Below, in pieces: positions 10,301-18,592 of a DNA stretch of 64,000 bases. The first letter of the stretch is position 1, and every line of letters starts with the position of its first letter. The stretch is from Acidimicrobiales bacterium. GTDB taxonomy: Bacteria; Actinomycetota; Acidimicrobiia; Acidimicrobiales; Aldehydirespiratoraceae. The stretch covers positions 2,159 through 66,158 of the forward strand of contig JAJCXY010000093.1 in the NCBI GenBank assembly GCA_029263215.1, written 5' to 3'. A program made the position numbers and the translations under genes. Under the pieces are notes generated by a model. The model was not told the origin of the DNA, did not search any database, and saw nothing but the letters and a program-made list of their open reading frames with translations.

Positions 10301-10593
10301 TGGCAGTCCCAACCGAAGCGCCGCTCGACCCGCTTGCCCTTCATCGTCTGGTAGCGGGGGACGACGTCCTTCACGTAGCCGGTGAGGAGGTGGCCGTGGT
10401 GCGGGAGTCCGTTGGCGAACGGGGGGCCGTCGTAGAAGACGTACTCGTCGGAGACCGGACGCTGCTCGACCGATGCCTCGAATGTCTTTCGGGTCTTCCA
10501 GCGGTCGAGAATGCGCCGCTCGATGGCCGGAAGGTCCGGACTCTCTACGTGCGGATACGGCGCGGTGTTCCCGTCGGGGGAGGCGTCACTCAT
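7372..10593 (-). CDS. ileS: isoleucine--tRNA ligase (long actinobacterial type)
   Basis: Diagnostic segments are FYDGPPFANGLPHHGHLLTGYVKD (HIGH region), KLSKKLRNY (KMSKS) and WTTTPWTLPSNLALAV. The likely start is MSDASPDG at 10593, not the ORF start at 10899. Confidence 0.95.
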   Translation of the reverse strand: MSDASPDGNTAPYPHVESPDLPAIERRILDRWKTRKTFEASVEQRPVSDEYVFYDGPPFANGLPHHGHLLTGYVKDVVPRYQTMKGKRVERRFGWDCHGLPAEMEAEKELPVAGRASIIEYGIERFNDHCRTSVLKYTKEWEKTVTRQARWVDFEHDYKTMDIDYMESVMWAFKQLWDKGLIYQANRVLPYSWGAETPLSNHEIRLDDATRPRQDPAVTVAFELDSTTGIPTGEGDDGAVAILAWTTTPWTLPSNLALAVGPDLDYAVMLDADGSRYILGEEVLEKYAKQLEDAERVGTITGHDLVGRTYRPLFPYFADMAEVDPEQAHHGTNRSFVVLAADFVDTTEGTGVVHMAPGFGEDDQRLGEEAGIGMVVPVDDSGRFTDDVVEWAGENVLEANSGIIKHLRETGQLVRHDSITHNYPHCWRTDTPIIYKAMPSWYVKVTDFRDRLQETNQEINWVPNHIRDGRFGMWLEGARDWSISRNRFWGSPIPIWISDNPEYPRTEVYGSLDELEEAFGHRPTNLHRPYIDELVRPNPDDPTGQSMMRRVPEVLDCWFESGSMPFAQVHYPFENKDWFDEHFPADFIVEYINQSRGWFYTLHVLAGALFDRPAFQNVIVHGVLNAEDGTKLSKKLRNYTEPELIFDRQGSDALRWYFMGANIVRGGDMRISDQGIDDVVRQVILPIWNAYSFFTLYANVEGHTATFRTDSTELLDRYILAKTRSLIASVEGRMDSYDLPGAAAEIQSFIDALNNWYIRRSRGRFWGTESGHADDAGLDTLYTVLVSLLQVAAPFMPMITEEIWAGLTGPDADQPESVHLTDWPSLDSYPNDEALVAAMDRLRDVASTGLRLREDQGLRVRLPLASVTVAGHDASTLEPFADLLADELNVKTVKVTEEIGDLATFILRPDGKALGPRLGKDVQTVFGGARSGNWTANDDGTVTVAGHVLAADEYELALESPEGVVAAALRSNDAVVTLDTDVTDELAAEGLARDLVREIQNARKAEDLVVTDRIDVWIDSPADKVAAAITRHEAYIAEQVLATSITIGDGNGQHRVHEARIDNQVLKFSLAAR

Positions 10594-10807
10594 GGGCGCC
10601 AAGGCTAGCGGTGGGGGGAGAAGGGCCACTGCGGATTCCTGACGAGACTGAGTGGGCCGCCACCGTGCCGGATGGGTCGGACGACCCATGAATCGGTCAA
10701 CTCTGAGCATGGTCGGGCCGATGCAAGGATCTGTAGGACCGCAGACAGTGGTGAAGTCGGGCATTATGGTGACCGCGCGGGCTTTGGGCCGAATCGGGAA
10801 TTCTGGA

Positions 10808-11458
10808 ATGGGAACGGCAGACACGAGCGATAGCGACGCGCCGGGGTCGGCCGAGTCCGGCGCCCCCCGCTCGCCGGCCGCGGTGCCCGAGTCGGTCATC
10901 GATCAGGCCCGCGGCGGCGACCAGCGTGCCTTCGACGTGGTGTTCGCCACCTACCACCCCTCCTTGACGCGGTATCTGCGCACGGTCGCCCCCGCCACCG
11001 CCGACGATGTGGCCGCAGCCACCTGGGAGTCGGTGGCTCGATCGCTGCACAATTTCAGCGGTGACGGAGCCGACTTCCGGCGTTGGTTGTTCACGATCGC
11101 CCGTCGCCGACTCGTCGATGAGGTACGGCGGGCCACCCGCCGACCCCTCCGGGTTGCGGGGATCGAAGAGGTTGAAGCTCGCGATGTCGATGCCGTTCCC
11201 GGGGCCGACACCTTCCTGGACGGGCCCGATTGGGCTGCGGGTGTGCTCGCGCAGGTACCCACTCGCCAGGCCGAAGTCGTGGCTCTGCGTATCCTCGGTG
11301 GGCTTTCCGTTCAGGAGGTGGCCGAGCTTCTGGGGATCACCGAAGCCAACGTGAGGGTGCTCAGCCACCGTGGCCTCCAAGCCGTGCAGCAGATCCTGCA
11401 TGATTCGCCCGACCTACTCACCGAGCCACGAGATCCACAAATCTCGTCGGTCGTGTAA
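10808..11458 (+). CDS. ECF-type RNA polymerase sigma factor
   Basis: Region 2 is FDVVFATYHPSLTRYLR...DFRRWLFTIARRRLVDEVRR. Region 4 is QAEVVALRILGGLSVQEVAELLGITEANVRVLSHRGLQ. The start is uncertain, at 10766 or 10808. Confidence 0.85.
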   Translation: MGTADTSDSDAPGSAESGAPRSPAAVPESVIDQARGGDQRAFDVVFATYHPSLTRYLRTVAPATADDVAAATWESVARSLHNFSGDGADFRRWLFTIARRRLVDEVRRATRRPLRVAGIEEVEARDVDAVPGADTFLDGPDWAAGVLAQVPTRQAEVVALRILGGLSVQEVAELLGITEANVRVLSHRGLQAVQQILHDSPDLLTEPRDPQISSVV

Positions 11459-11489
11459 CGCCCATGACCCTGCCGGCGATCTGTAAGAC

Positions 11490-12254
11490 ATGAGCGAGAT
11501 CACCCCCGAGGAAGCTGAGGCGATCATCGACGCCGCAGCGCGTGGCGAGGTGGCCGACGTTCATACCCTGCTCGGCGAAACGCTCGCCGACCTCCATGCT
11601 CCGGCCATCGAGGTGGTCGATGGTGCGGCGCCGATACTGATCAGCGCCGGTGGTAATGGCCTCACCGCTCGAATCGCACGGCGCACGGCCATCGCCGCGT
11701 CGGCCGCGGTGCTGGGTCTGGCGGGAGTGGCCGCGGCCACCACGGTGGGGTTCGAGTTGCTCGACACCGGCGGCGACGATGGTCCTGAGTTGATCATCGA
11801 CGAGATCGCACCCGACATCGATACTGCTGCCATCACCGACTCCTCGGAGGGGTCCGATGATGACGCGGTCACACCCGAAAGCAATGATGCGCCATCGGTG
11901 CGGGTCGAGTCGGTCCCCGGTGTCGATCCCACCGACGGACTCGACGGAAAGGAACTCGAGATCCTCTGCGACGCCGCCACCAATCACGGCGACTTCGCAT
12001 CGGCGGTGGCGAAGGACAAGGTCACAGAATCCGACGATGGTCCCGGCCGGCGGGTGGGCGAGGCCGCCAAGTCCGACTGCGGTGAAGGCGACGGACCCGG
12101 TTCCGAGCGAGCCGATGCCGCGCCAGCAACCGACGCCGATCCCAGGTCGGATGGGGCTACCGACGAGCCTGGTACCCGTGGCCGCGGCCACGACAAGAAC
12201 GGTCCCCAGTCCAACGGCAACGGCCGTGAGACCGCCCCGGGGCAGAACAAGTAG
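11490..12254 (+). CDS. single-pass membrane protein downstream of the ECF sigma (candidate anti-sigma factor)
   Basis: It starts 32 nt after the sigma gene. It has one TM helix (IAASAAVLGLAGVAAATTV) and an acidic low-complexity ectodomain. No HxxxCxxC zinc motif is present, so the role is inferred from position only. Confidence 0.45.
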   Translation: MSEITPEEAEAIIDAAARGEVADVHTLLGETLADLHAPAIEVVDGAAPILISAGGNGLTARIARRTAIAASAAVLGLAGVAAATTVGFELLDTGGDDGPELIIDEIAPDIDTAAITDSSEGSDDDAVTPESNDAPSVRVESVPGVDPTDGLDGKELEILCDAATNHGDFASAVAKDKVTESDDGPGRRVGEAAKSDCGEGDGPGSERADAAPATDADPRSDGATDEPGTRGRGHDKNGPQSNGNGRETAPGQNK

Positions 12255-12275
12255 CGCCCGCCAGGACGCCTACGA

Positions 12276-13859
12276 CTAGTCGGTCCAGGCCTTAGCAGGG
12301 TCGTCGATCTCGATGACCTCGTTGTCTTCGCTGAATGCGATGAAGCGGTCGAAGGTGCGTAGGAACCAGCGGTCGTGGGTCACGCAGACGACGGTGCCCT
12401 CGAACATTTCGAGACCGGCTTCGAGAGCTTCGGCCGAAGCAACGTCGAGGTTGTCGGTGGGCTCGTCGAGCAGGAGCAGGTTGACCCCGTCGATTTCGAG
12501 CAGGAGGATCTGGAATCGGGCCTGCTGGCCTCCTGAGAGGGTTTCGAAGGTCTGCTCGGCGGCACCTTGAAGCTCGTAGCGGCTCAGGCGCGACATTGCG
12601 GGTCCCCGCATGATGTCGCGCTTGGCGAGGATGTCGATGAGCACCTTGCCTCTGAGCTCGGGATGGTCGTGGGTCTGGTTGAACAGGCCCGGCACCACCC
12701 GGGCACCATGGCGCCATTCGCCCACATGGGCCACATCGCTACCACCGAGCAGGCGCAAGAAGTGCGACTTACCGGTGCCGTTGCGGCCCACCACCGCCAC
12801 CCGCTCGCCGAACCAGATCTCGAGATCGAAGGGGTAGGTGAGGTCGGTGAGCTCCAGCTGTTCGACGATGACGACGCGTTTGCCGGTGCGACTGCCCTCC
12901 AGGCGCATGTCGATGTGCTGCTCCTTGGCCAGTTCAGGAGGTGGCCCGGCCTCGTCGTAGTGGCGCAGACGGGTCTCCGCGGCACGGGCCCGACTCGCAT
13001 TGGCGTCGCTCATCGCGGCCCTACGTTTCTGCTCGCGCATGTGGGCTACCAGACGCTTGCGCTCCTCCGCCCAGCGCCGTTGCTCATCGCTCATGAGCGC
13101 GATCCGATGCTCGCGGGCTTCGCGCCAGGTGGCGAACGACCCACCGTGGGTCCAGGCATTCTTGGCTTCGAGGGTGACGACCTTGTTGGATGTCTCGGCC
13201 AGGAGTTCGCGGTCGTGACTCACATACAGGATCGTCTTCGAGCTCGCCTGGAGGCGCTCCGCGAGCCACTCCTTGCCGGGAACGTCGAGGAAGTTGTCGG
13301 GCTCATCGAGCAGGAGCACATCATGTTCGGAACGCAGGAGAAGTTCCAAGGCCATACGTTTCTGCTCGCCGCCGGAGAAGGTCGACATGGGGCGGGCCTC
13401 GATCTCCCGCCAGGGCAGGTCGACCACCCGGTGAGCACACTCCTCCCACAGCACCTCGTGGTCGTAGCCGCCGGCACTTTCCCAGTGCTCGAGCGCAGCG
13501 GCGTACCTCATGCCGTCGTCGGAGCCGTCGGCCATGCGGGCCTCGGCTCGGGTGAGACGCTCGGCCGCCTCGCGGATCGTGGGGTTGGCCAGCGAGAGGT
13601 AGAGATCGCGGACCGTGGTGGTGACGTCGAGTGATCCGACCAGCTGGGTCATCACCCCGAGCGAGCCCTGGACAGAAATGGTGCCGGTCTCGGCGGTGGC
13701 GGTGCCTGCGAGGAGCCGCATCATCGTGGTCTTGCCCGCGCCGTTGGCACCGACGAGGGCTACGTGGTCGCCCTCGCCCACCCGGAACGACACATCATCG
13801 AGAAGGGTCTGGCCGCCGGGAATGGACCATCCGAGATGGCTGACTTGGATGGATCCCAC
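12276..13859 (-). CDS. ABC-F family ATPase (two ABC domains, no permease)
   Basis: There are two Walker A sites (GANGAGKTT, GRNGTGKSH) and two signature motifs (FSGGEQKR, LSGGQQAR). A charged linker lies between the domains. Confidence 0.9.
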   Translation of the reverse strand: MGSIQVSHLGWSIPGGQTLLDDVSFRVGEGDHVALVGANGAGKTTMMRLLAGTATAETGTISVQGSLGVMTQLVGSLDVTTTVRDLYLSLANPTIREAAERLTRAEARMADGSDDGMRYAAALEHWESAGGYDHEVLWEECAHRVVDLPWREIEARPMSTFSGGEQKRMALELLLRSEHDVLLLDEPDNFLDVPGKEWLAERLQASSKTILYVSHDRELLAETSNKVVTLEAKNAWTHGGSFATWREAREHRIALMSDEQRRWAEERKRLVAHMREQKRRAAMSDANASRARAAETRLRHYDEAGPPPELAKEQHIDMRLEGSRTGKRVVIVEQLELTDLTYPFDLEIWFGERVAVVGRNGTGKSHFLRLLGGSDVAHVGEWRHGARVVPGLFNQTHDHPELRGKVLIDILAKRDIMRGPAMSRLSRYELQGAAEQTFETLSGGQQARFQILLLEIDGVNLLLLDEPTDNLDVASAEALEAGLEMFEGTVVCVTHDRWFLRTFDRFIAFSEDNEVIEIDDPAKAWTD

Positions 13860-13885
13860 CCCGCCAAGCTAGTGCGCGACGAGTT

Positions 13886-16800
13886 TCAACCGTCGATGAT
13901 TATGGCCTCGGGAGCCTTGCTGTCGTGGAGGCAGCCGACCGCGATTTGCGTGGCGGGCGGAACCAGGCTCAGCCCGATGAGTCCCTCCTCGTCGGGTCCG
14001 AGGTTCCAGAAACCCACAGGCTGCCCGCTGTCGGCGAAGAATATGCCCGCGTCGACATCAGACCCTCGGACAGTGTCGACGATGATCTTCGAGCCGACCG
14101 GAACCGAGGTCGCGCCGTTGTAGGTGCACCCGTCGGCGTGGATGGTGAGCGTTCCCGTGATCGAATCGGCATCTGGCTGCTCGACATCCAGCACCGTGGC
14201 GACCACGGGGGCGGTTTCGAAGTCGGTACAGGCCAGCGTCCTCGGGCCTTCTCTGGTGACATTCATCGTGCCGGAGTTGCCGCTTTCTGGCTCAGCCGCC
14301 AGATTGAGGACCGCTTGCCCTTGGGTGGGGGCACCGCGGAAGCCCTGCACGAACCAAGGGCGATCGGAGCGATTCTCGAAGTCGACTCGCAGCACGTCGC
14401 CCACGCTCACTGCTGAAGCGCCGGAACCGACGGTGCAGCTGGTGCCGTCCCAGATCACTGTCACTTTGACGTCCGCAGGCGGACTGATGGTGGGTGGGGC
14501 ATCGGGGATGTCGGGCACGACTATCGCGCCGTCGACGACCTCGCGGGTGAGTTCGTCGAGTCTCCGGATGGTTGCAGCGGTGAGATTGTCGCCGGAGGTG
14601 GAGTAACCGACGGCACCGTCGCGGAGCCCGAGGGAGATCACCCCGGACTCCAGCTCGCCTGACATGAATCGCTCGATACTCACGCGAATAGCGAAGTCGT
14701 TGCGCTTGATCATCGATGTGAGCACGTGGTCGCGTATGCTCCCGTCCACCGCGAGCCATTGATCGGTGTCCACCCCGATCGCCCACCGCTTCGGGCCTCC
14801 GGGCTCGGTCATCTCTTCGGCCATGGAGGGGACGAGATCCCCGGAATTGCCTGCTGCTTGAAACACCACATCCGCGCCTGCGCTATAGAGCTCTCGGGCG
14901 GCTTCCGCCCCTTGGGCCGGCCTGCCGAAAACGGTGCTATCCCCGTCGGTGACCAGGAATCTCGACTCGATCTCGATGTCGGGGTTGATGTGGCGGGCAC
15001 CGGCTTCGTAGCCGGCGCGGAACTGGTCGATGATGTCCTGCCAGCCGCCGAGGAAACCGATGACACCGGTTTCGGTGGTGAGGGCGGCCGCAGCCCCGGC
15101 CAGAAACGATCCCTCGGCGGAGTCGATCGTGATGGTGGTGAGATTGTCGATGCCGAAGTCGACGGCGAAGTTGTGGAAGGCCACGAACTGGGTGTCGGGA
15201 TGGGCAATCGCGACCGGGGGAATGACGTCGACGATTTCCTGACTCGAGACGATGAGATCGGGACCGCTATCGGCCAAGGCATCGATCTCCTCCGCCGTAT
15301 CGCTGATCGGCTCCAGGAGAATGGCTTCGAAGTCGAGTTGCCTCTGAGCTTGCGCCCATCCAGCTCGCATTTGCACCTCGACGGAAGCGTCCTCACCGAA
15401 CGGGCCTGCCGCGTAAGCCACTTGGGGGAGGGGGTCTCCGCCGGCGAAGAGCCAGGCGGCAGCTCCGCCGGCGATCAGGGTGACAACGATGACCACCAAC
15501 CCGTAGGTGCGACGCCGCACCCGACCGGCCATGGTCTTCTCCCGTTCGGACCGATCGGCTTCGTCGCGGTCGGCGTCGTCACGGGCGGCCGTCGACTCCC
15601 GGATGAAGGTCTGCTCGGCCGCGGTGAGATCGAGCGTGGCGGTGTCGGCCCAGCTTTCATAGTCGACCAGGCGCTGACCGGCGAGCAGATAGTCGGGGTT
15701 GCGGTCGGCTGTATTCCACTCGTTCATGGCCGCCACGAGGGTGGAGTGGCGGACGATGTCGCTGCCGGCCTCATCGATCCAGCCCCGCAGACGAGGCCAC
15801 TCGGTGAGAAGGGCCTCGTGGGCCACCTCGACGGTGGGGGAGCCGGAGATCTGATCGCGATCGAAGGCGAGCAGGCGTTGGTTGCCGAAAACCTCGATCG
15901 CCCTTTGGGTGGCGACGAGGTCGCCCGGCATCGACGTGAGTTCCGATGCCAGAACCCGTCGTCTACTCCAGTCCCGTTCGCCGCTGATGGTGACGAGACG
16001 TAGTACGAGCTGGCGCGCTGCTATCTGCTCATCGTCACTCAGCTCGGACCACAGGTCCTCGGCCCGCTGGGCTAGGGCGCCACGAATACCGCCCATCGCG
16101 TTGTAGGCGTCGAGGGTGACGACATCGGCCTCTCGCCGGTCGAACAGCATCGTGAGCGTGTACTGGAAGAGAGGTAAGGCGCCGGGTTGCCCGATCACAT
16201 CGGTGAGGAGGCTGGCGAGAAGGGTCGGCTCCATCGCCACACCGGCTCGCCGCATCGGTTCGGCCACAGCCGTCTCGAGCTCGTCGGTGGACAGGGCGGA
16301 GACGTTGACGATCCCCTCTCCGAGCCGTGAGGCCAGATCGGGGTAGCGAAGGGGACGCTCGTAGAAGTCGGCCCTCAGCGTGAGCAACACCATCACCCTC
16401 CCGCGAGGGTCATCGAGGGCGGGGCCGAGCAGCTCGATGAACGCCTGTCGCTCGTCCTCGGCCTCCACGAGGGTGAACAGCTCCTCGAACTGGTCGATCA
16501 CCAATAGCAGGCGACCCTCATCGGGGAGTACGCGTAGCGCCGCCCGCAGCAGTCCGTCTTCCGGCTCCGCGAGCTGCTGCTTGAGTGAGTCGGGGGCGTC
16601 GAGGCTCGACCGCAGCAGAGCTGCCTCGAGTTCCACGAGTGGGTGCGAGCCCGGAGTCATCTGGGCGACGAGCCAGCCGTCGGAGTCGGCTATCGCGGCC
16701 TTGCGCACCGCCGGCACGACGCCGGCCCGTACCGCGCTCGACTTGCCTGATCCGCTGGCTCCGACGAGGGCGACGAGCGGGTCACCCTGATCGAGGCGGC

Positions 16801-17701
16801 GGATTACGTCCGCGACGAGATGGTCCCGACCGAAGAAGTCGTCGGCATCGTCCTCGCCGAAGGAGCGCAGGCCTTTGAACGGGTTCTGGCGAACGGTGTC
16901 CCCCAGGGTCGTTTCGCGGCGCCGGTCGCCGATCACCGGGTCGTGGAGAAGGATCTGTTCTTCGAGGCGACGGAGCTCCGGCGAGGGTTCGATCCCCAGG
17001 TCGTCGCCGATGGTTCGCCGATGACGGTCGAAGGCCCGGAGTGCGTCGGCGGCCCGGCCCGATTGATAGAGGGAGCGCATCAGTAGGGCCACGAACCGCT
17101 CCCGATACTGGTGTTGGGAGACCAGCGTCTCGAGGGTGCCGATCTGCTCACGGGCTCGGCCCTGGCGCAGTTCGGCCTCGGCGCGGATCTCGAATGCCTC
17201 GAGACGCATCTCTTCGATGCGGGGCACTTCCAGGTGGGCGAAACGTTCGTCGTGGAATTCACCACACGGGTCGCCACGCCAGAGCGAGAGCATCTCGTCG
17301 ATGTGAGCCGTGACCGAGCTGGGGTCGCTCTGGATCAACTGCCGGGCCTGCTGGAGTTCGGCCTCGAAGCGGTTGAGGTCGATCAAGGAAGGATCGAGCT
17401 GGAGGACATAGCCGTGGTCGCGGGTGAGTAGCACGCTGCTCTCGCCGTGGCCGTCGCGGTCCGGCTCGATTGCGGACCTCAACCGAGAGATCACCGTCCA
17501 GAGCGCCCGTTCCTTGTCGCCGGCGTCGTCACCCCAGAGATCCTCCAGGATCCGGTCGGTGGTCACCACCCGGTTGGCGTGAAGCAGGAGCAGGCACAGT
17601 AGGGCCCGCTGCTTTCTGGGGCCGAGATCGATAGGCGCGCCGTCATCGATCACTTCGACCGGTCCGAGAAGTCGAAAATCCATCCCCCGGGCTCCCCTCA
17701 T
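13886..17701 (-). CDS. SARP(wHTH)-BTAD-STAND NTPase-TM-BMP-type binding domain fusion regulator
   Basis: - MDFRLLGPVEV...RKQRALLCLLLLHANRVV..ILEDLWG is a SARP/OmpR-type winged helix.
- LNRFEAELQQARQL begins the BTAD helical domain.
- LVALVGASGSGKSSAVRAG is the Walker A.
- RRRTYGLVVIVVTLIAGGAAAWLFAGG is a single TM helix.
- About 330 aa then follow with GVIGFLGGW, FQAAGNSG and RWAIGVDTDQW, resembling BMP/PnrA periplasmic binding proteins.
- Two related beta-rich C-terminal modules close the protein. Confidence 0.85.
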   Translation of the reverse strand: MRGARGMDFRLLGPVEVIDDGAPIDLGPRKQRALLCLLLLHANRVVTTDRILEDLWGDDAGDKERALWTVISRLRSAIEPDRDGHGESSVLLTRDHGYVLQLDPSLIDLNRFEAELQQARQLIQSDPSSVTAHIDEMLSLWRGDPCGEFHDERFAHLEVPRIEEMRLEAFEIRAEAELRQGRAREQIGTLETLVSQHQYRERFVALLMRSLYQSGRAADALRAFDRHRRTIGDDLGIEPSPELRRLEEQILLHDPVIGDRRRETTLGDTVRQNPFKGLRSFGEDDADDFFGRDHLVADVIRRLDQGDPLVALVGASGSGKSSAVRAGVVPAVRKAAIADSDGWLVAQMTPGSHPLVELEAALLRSSLDAPDSLKQQLAEPEDGLLRAALRVLPDEGRLLLVIDQFEELFTLVEAEDERQAFIELLGPALDDPRGRVMVLLTLRADFYERPLRYPDLASRLGEGIVNVSALSTDELETAVAEPMRRAGVAMEPTLLASLLTDVIGQPGALPLFQYTLTMLFDRREADVVTLDAYNAMGGIRGALAQRAEDLWSELSDDEQIAARQLVLRLVTISGERDWSRRRVLASELTSMPGDLVATQRAIEVFGNQRLLAFDRDQISGSPTVEVAHEALLTEWPRLRGWIDEAGSDIVRHSTLVAAMNEWNTADRNPDYLLAGQRLVDYESWADTATLDLTAAEQTFIRESTAARDDADRDEADRSEREKTMAGRVRRRTYGLVVIVVTLIAGGAAAWLFAGGDPLPQVAYAAGPFGEDASVEVQMRAGWAQAQRQLDFEAILLEPISDTAEEIDALADSGPDLIVSSQEIVDVIPPVAIAHPDTQFVAFHNFAVDFGIDNLTTITIDSAEGSFLAGAAAALTTETGVIGFLGGWQDIIDQFRAGYEAGARHINPDIEIESRFLVTDGDSTVFGRPAQGAEAARELYSAGADVVFQAAGNSGDLVPSMAEEMTEPGGPKRWAIGVDTDQWLAVDGSIRDHVLTSMIKRNDFAIRVSIERFMSGELESGVISLGLRDGAVGYSTSGDNLTAATIRRLDELTREVVDGAIVVPDIPDAPPTISPPADVKVTVIWDGTSCTVGSGASAVSVGDVLRVDFENRSDRPWFVQGFRGAPTQGQAVLNLAAEPESGNSGTMNVTREGPRTLACTDFETAPVVATVLDVEQPDADSITGTLTIHADGCTYNGATSVPVGSKIIVDTVRGSDVDAGIFFADSGQPVGFWNLGPDEEGLIGLSLVPPATQIAVGCLHDSKAPEAIIIDG

Positions 17702-17850
17702 CGCCTGAGCGTAGTTGTCCGGCCCGAAGCCGGCTCTGGTGACCCTGATCGGGCGAACTTTCAGTCAACTTGCAGCACCTTTCTTATTGAGCGGCGGGAC
17801 CGCAAGTTCCCTATAGGCACTGAGAAAGGTGAATTTCAGACGGTGCCTCC

Positions 17851-18522
17851 ATGCACCGAATCCTCATCTCAGTCATCGCCGCGACATCGATCGTCATGGG
17901 CCTGTTTCCGGCGCCACTTCAGGCTTCATCCGAGCTCCGGCCACTTACCACGCTTGCCCCGGTGGTGACCCTCGAAGGGGGCTTGGCCGCCGAACAGCAG
18001 GTAGTGCTCGCCGCGGTCGAACGATTCGTTTCGGCTTCCATGGAGCTTCCCGACCTCGACATCCGGATCCACGACGACTTCAGCGGCTGCGACGGCCACC
18101 ACGGCCTGTATCACCGGGAAGGCGATATCGCGGTGATCGACCTCTGCTCGGACCGTGAGCTCCTCGTATTTCACGAGATCGGTCATGCGTGGGAGCAGTT
18201 CACACTCGACAACGACGACCGGGCCGCCTTTCTGGATCAGGTAGGGGCAGAGTCGTGGAGCGACCGGGCCATCGACCACGGCTCGAGGGGTGCTGAGATC
18301 GCAGCCGACAGCATCGCCTACGCCCTGATCCACCGTCCCGGTGTCTCCCTCCAGGCGCGGCCACTCGAACTGTTCGAGGGGCTCGTTGGCGAAGAGTCGC
18401 CGCGGATAGCGGAGTTCGCAGCAGAGGCCGTTGAGATCGCCGCCAATGCCGATGAGGCCATGGATGCCGACAAGGTCTCGGCCCACGCTGCCTACCTCGC
18501 CTGGCAGGCCGCGCAGGGCTAG
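17851..18522 (+). CDS. secreted HExxH protein (putative zinc metalloprotease)
   Basis: The signal peptide is MHRILISVIAATSIVMGLFPAPLQASS. The motif is FHEIGHAWE. Confidence 0.6.
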   Translation: MHRILISVIAATSIVMGLFPAPLQASSELRPLTTLAPVVTLEGGLAAEQQVVLAAVERFVSASMELPDLDIRIHDDFSGCDGHHGLYHREGDIAVIDLCSDRELLVFHEIGHAWEQFTLDNDDRAAFLDQVGAESWSDRAIDHGSRGAEIAADSIAYALIHRPGVSLQARPLELFEGLVGEESPRIAEFAAEAVEIAANADEAMDADKVSAHAAYLAWQAAQG

Positions 18523-18592
18523 TCGACGGGGCCTGGGTCAAATCATCCCGGCATCGGCCTGTGGTGGCTTCGAACTAGTAGCGTCGGCGGGG

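Noticed and set aside
10594-10807. Possible T-box leader upstream of ileS; actinobacterial ileS genes are known to use T-box riboswitches
   Set aside because: On the minus strand I see AUC triplets, a GGUGGC segment, a CCACCG that could pair with it, and an 8-bp hairpin (AUGGGUCG/CGACCCAU). I could not recognise the conserved T-box sequence (AGGGUGGNACCGCG-like) or a specifier loop. The N of UGGN would also not match an A73 discriminator. A covariance-model search (Rfam RF00230) is needed, and a hit would reverse this rejection.
10594-10899. N-terminal 102-codon extension of the ileS ORF, as listed in the track
   Set aside because: The extension is Pro/Arg-rich. It has no counterpart in IleS N-termini as I know them, which begin close to the PDLPxxE..VL..W region. 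It would also run through the divergent promoter region shared with the sigma-factor gene. The start at MSDASPDG (10593) fits.
18431-18592. 54-codon N-terminal extension of the glutamate dehydrogenase ORF
   Set aside because: It overlaps the end of the upstream HExxH gene and is Pro/Arg-rich. The ATG at 18593 (MADLNMGD) follows the upstream stop.
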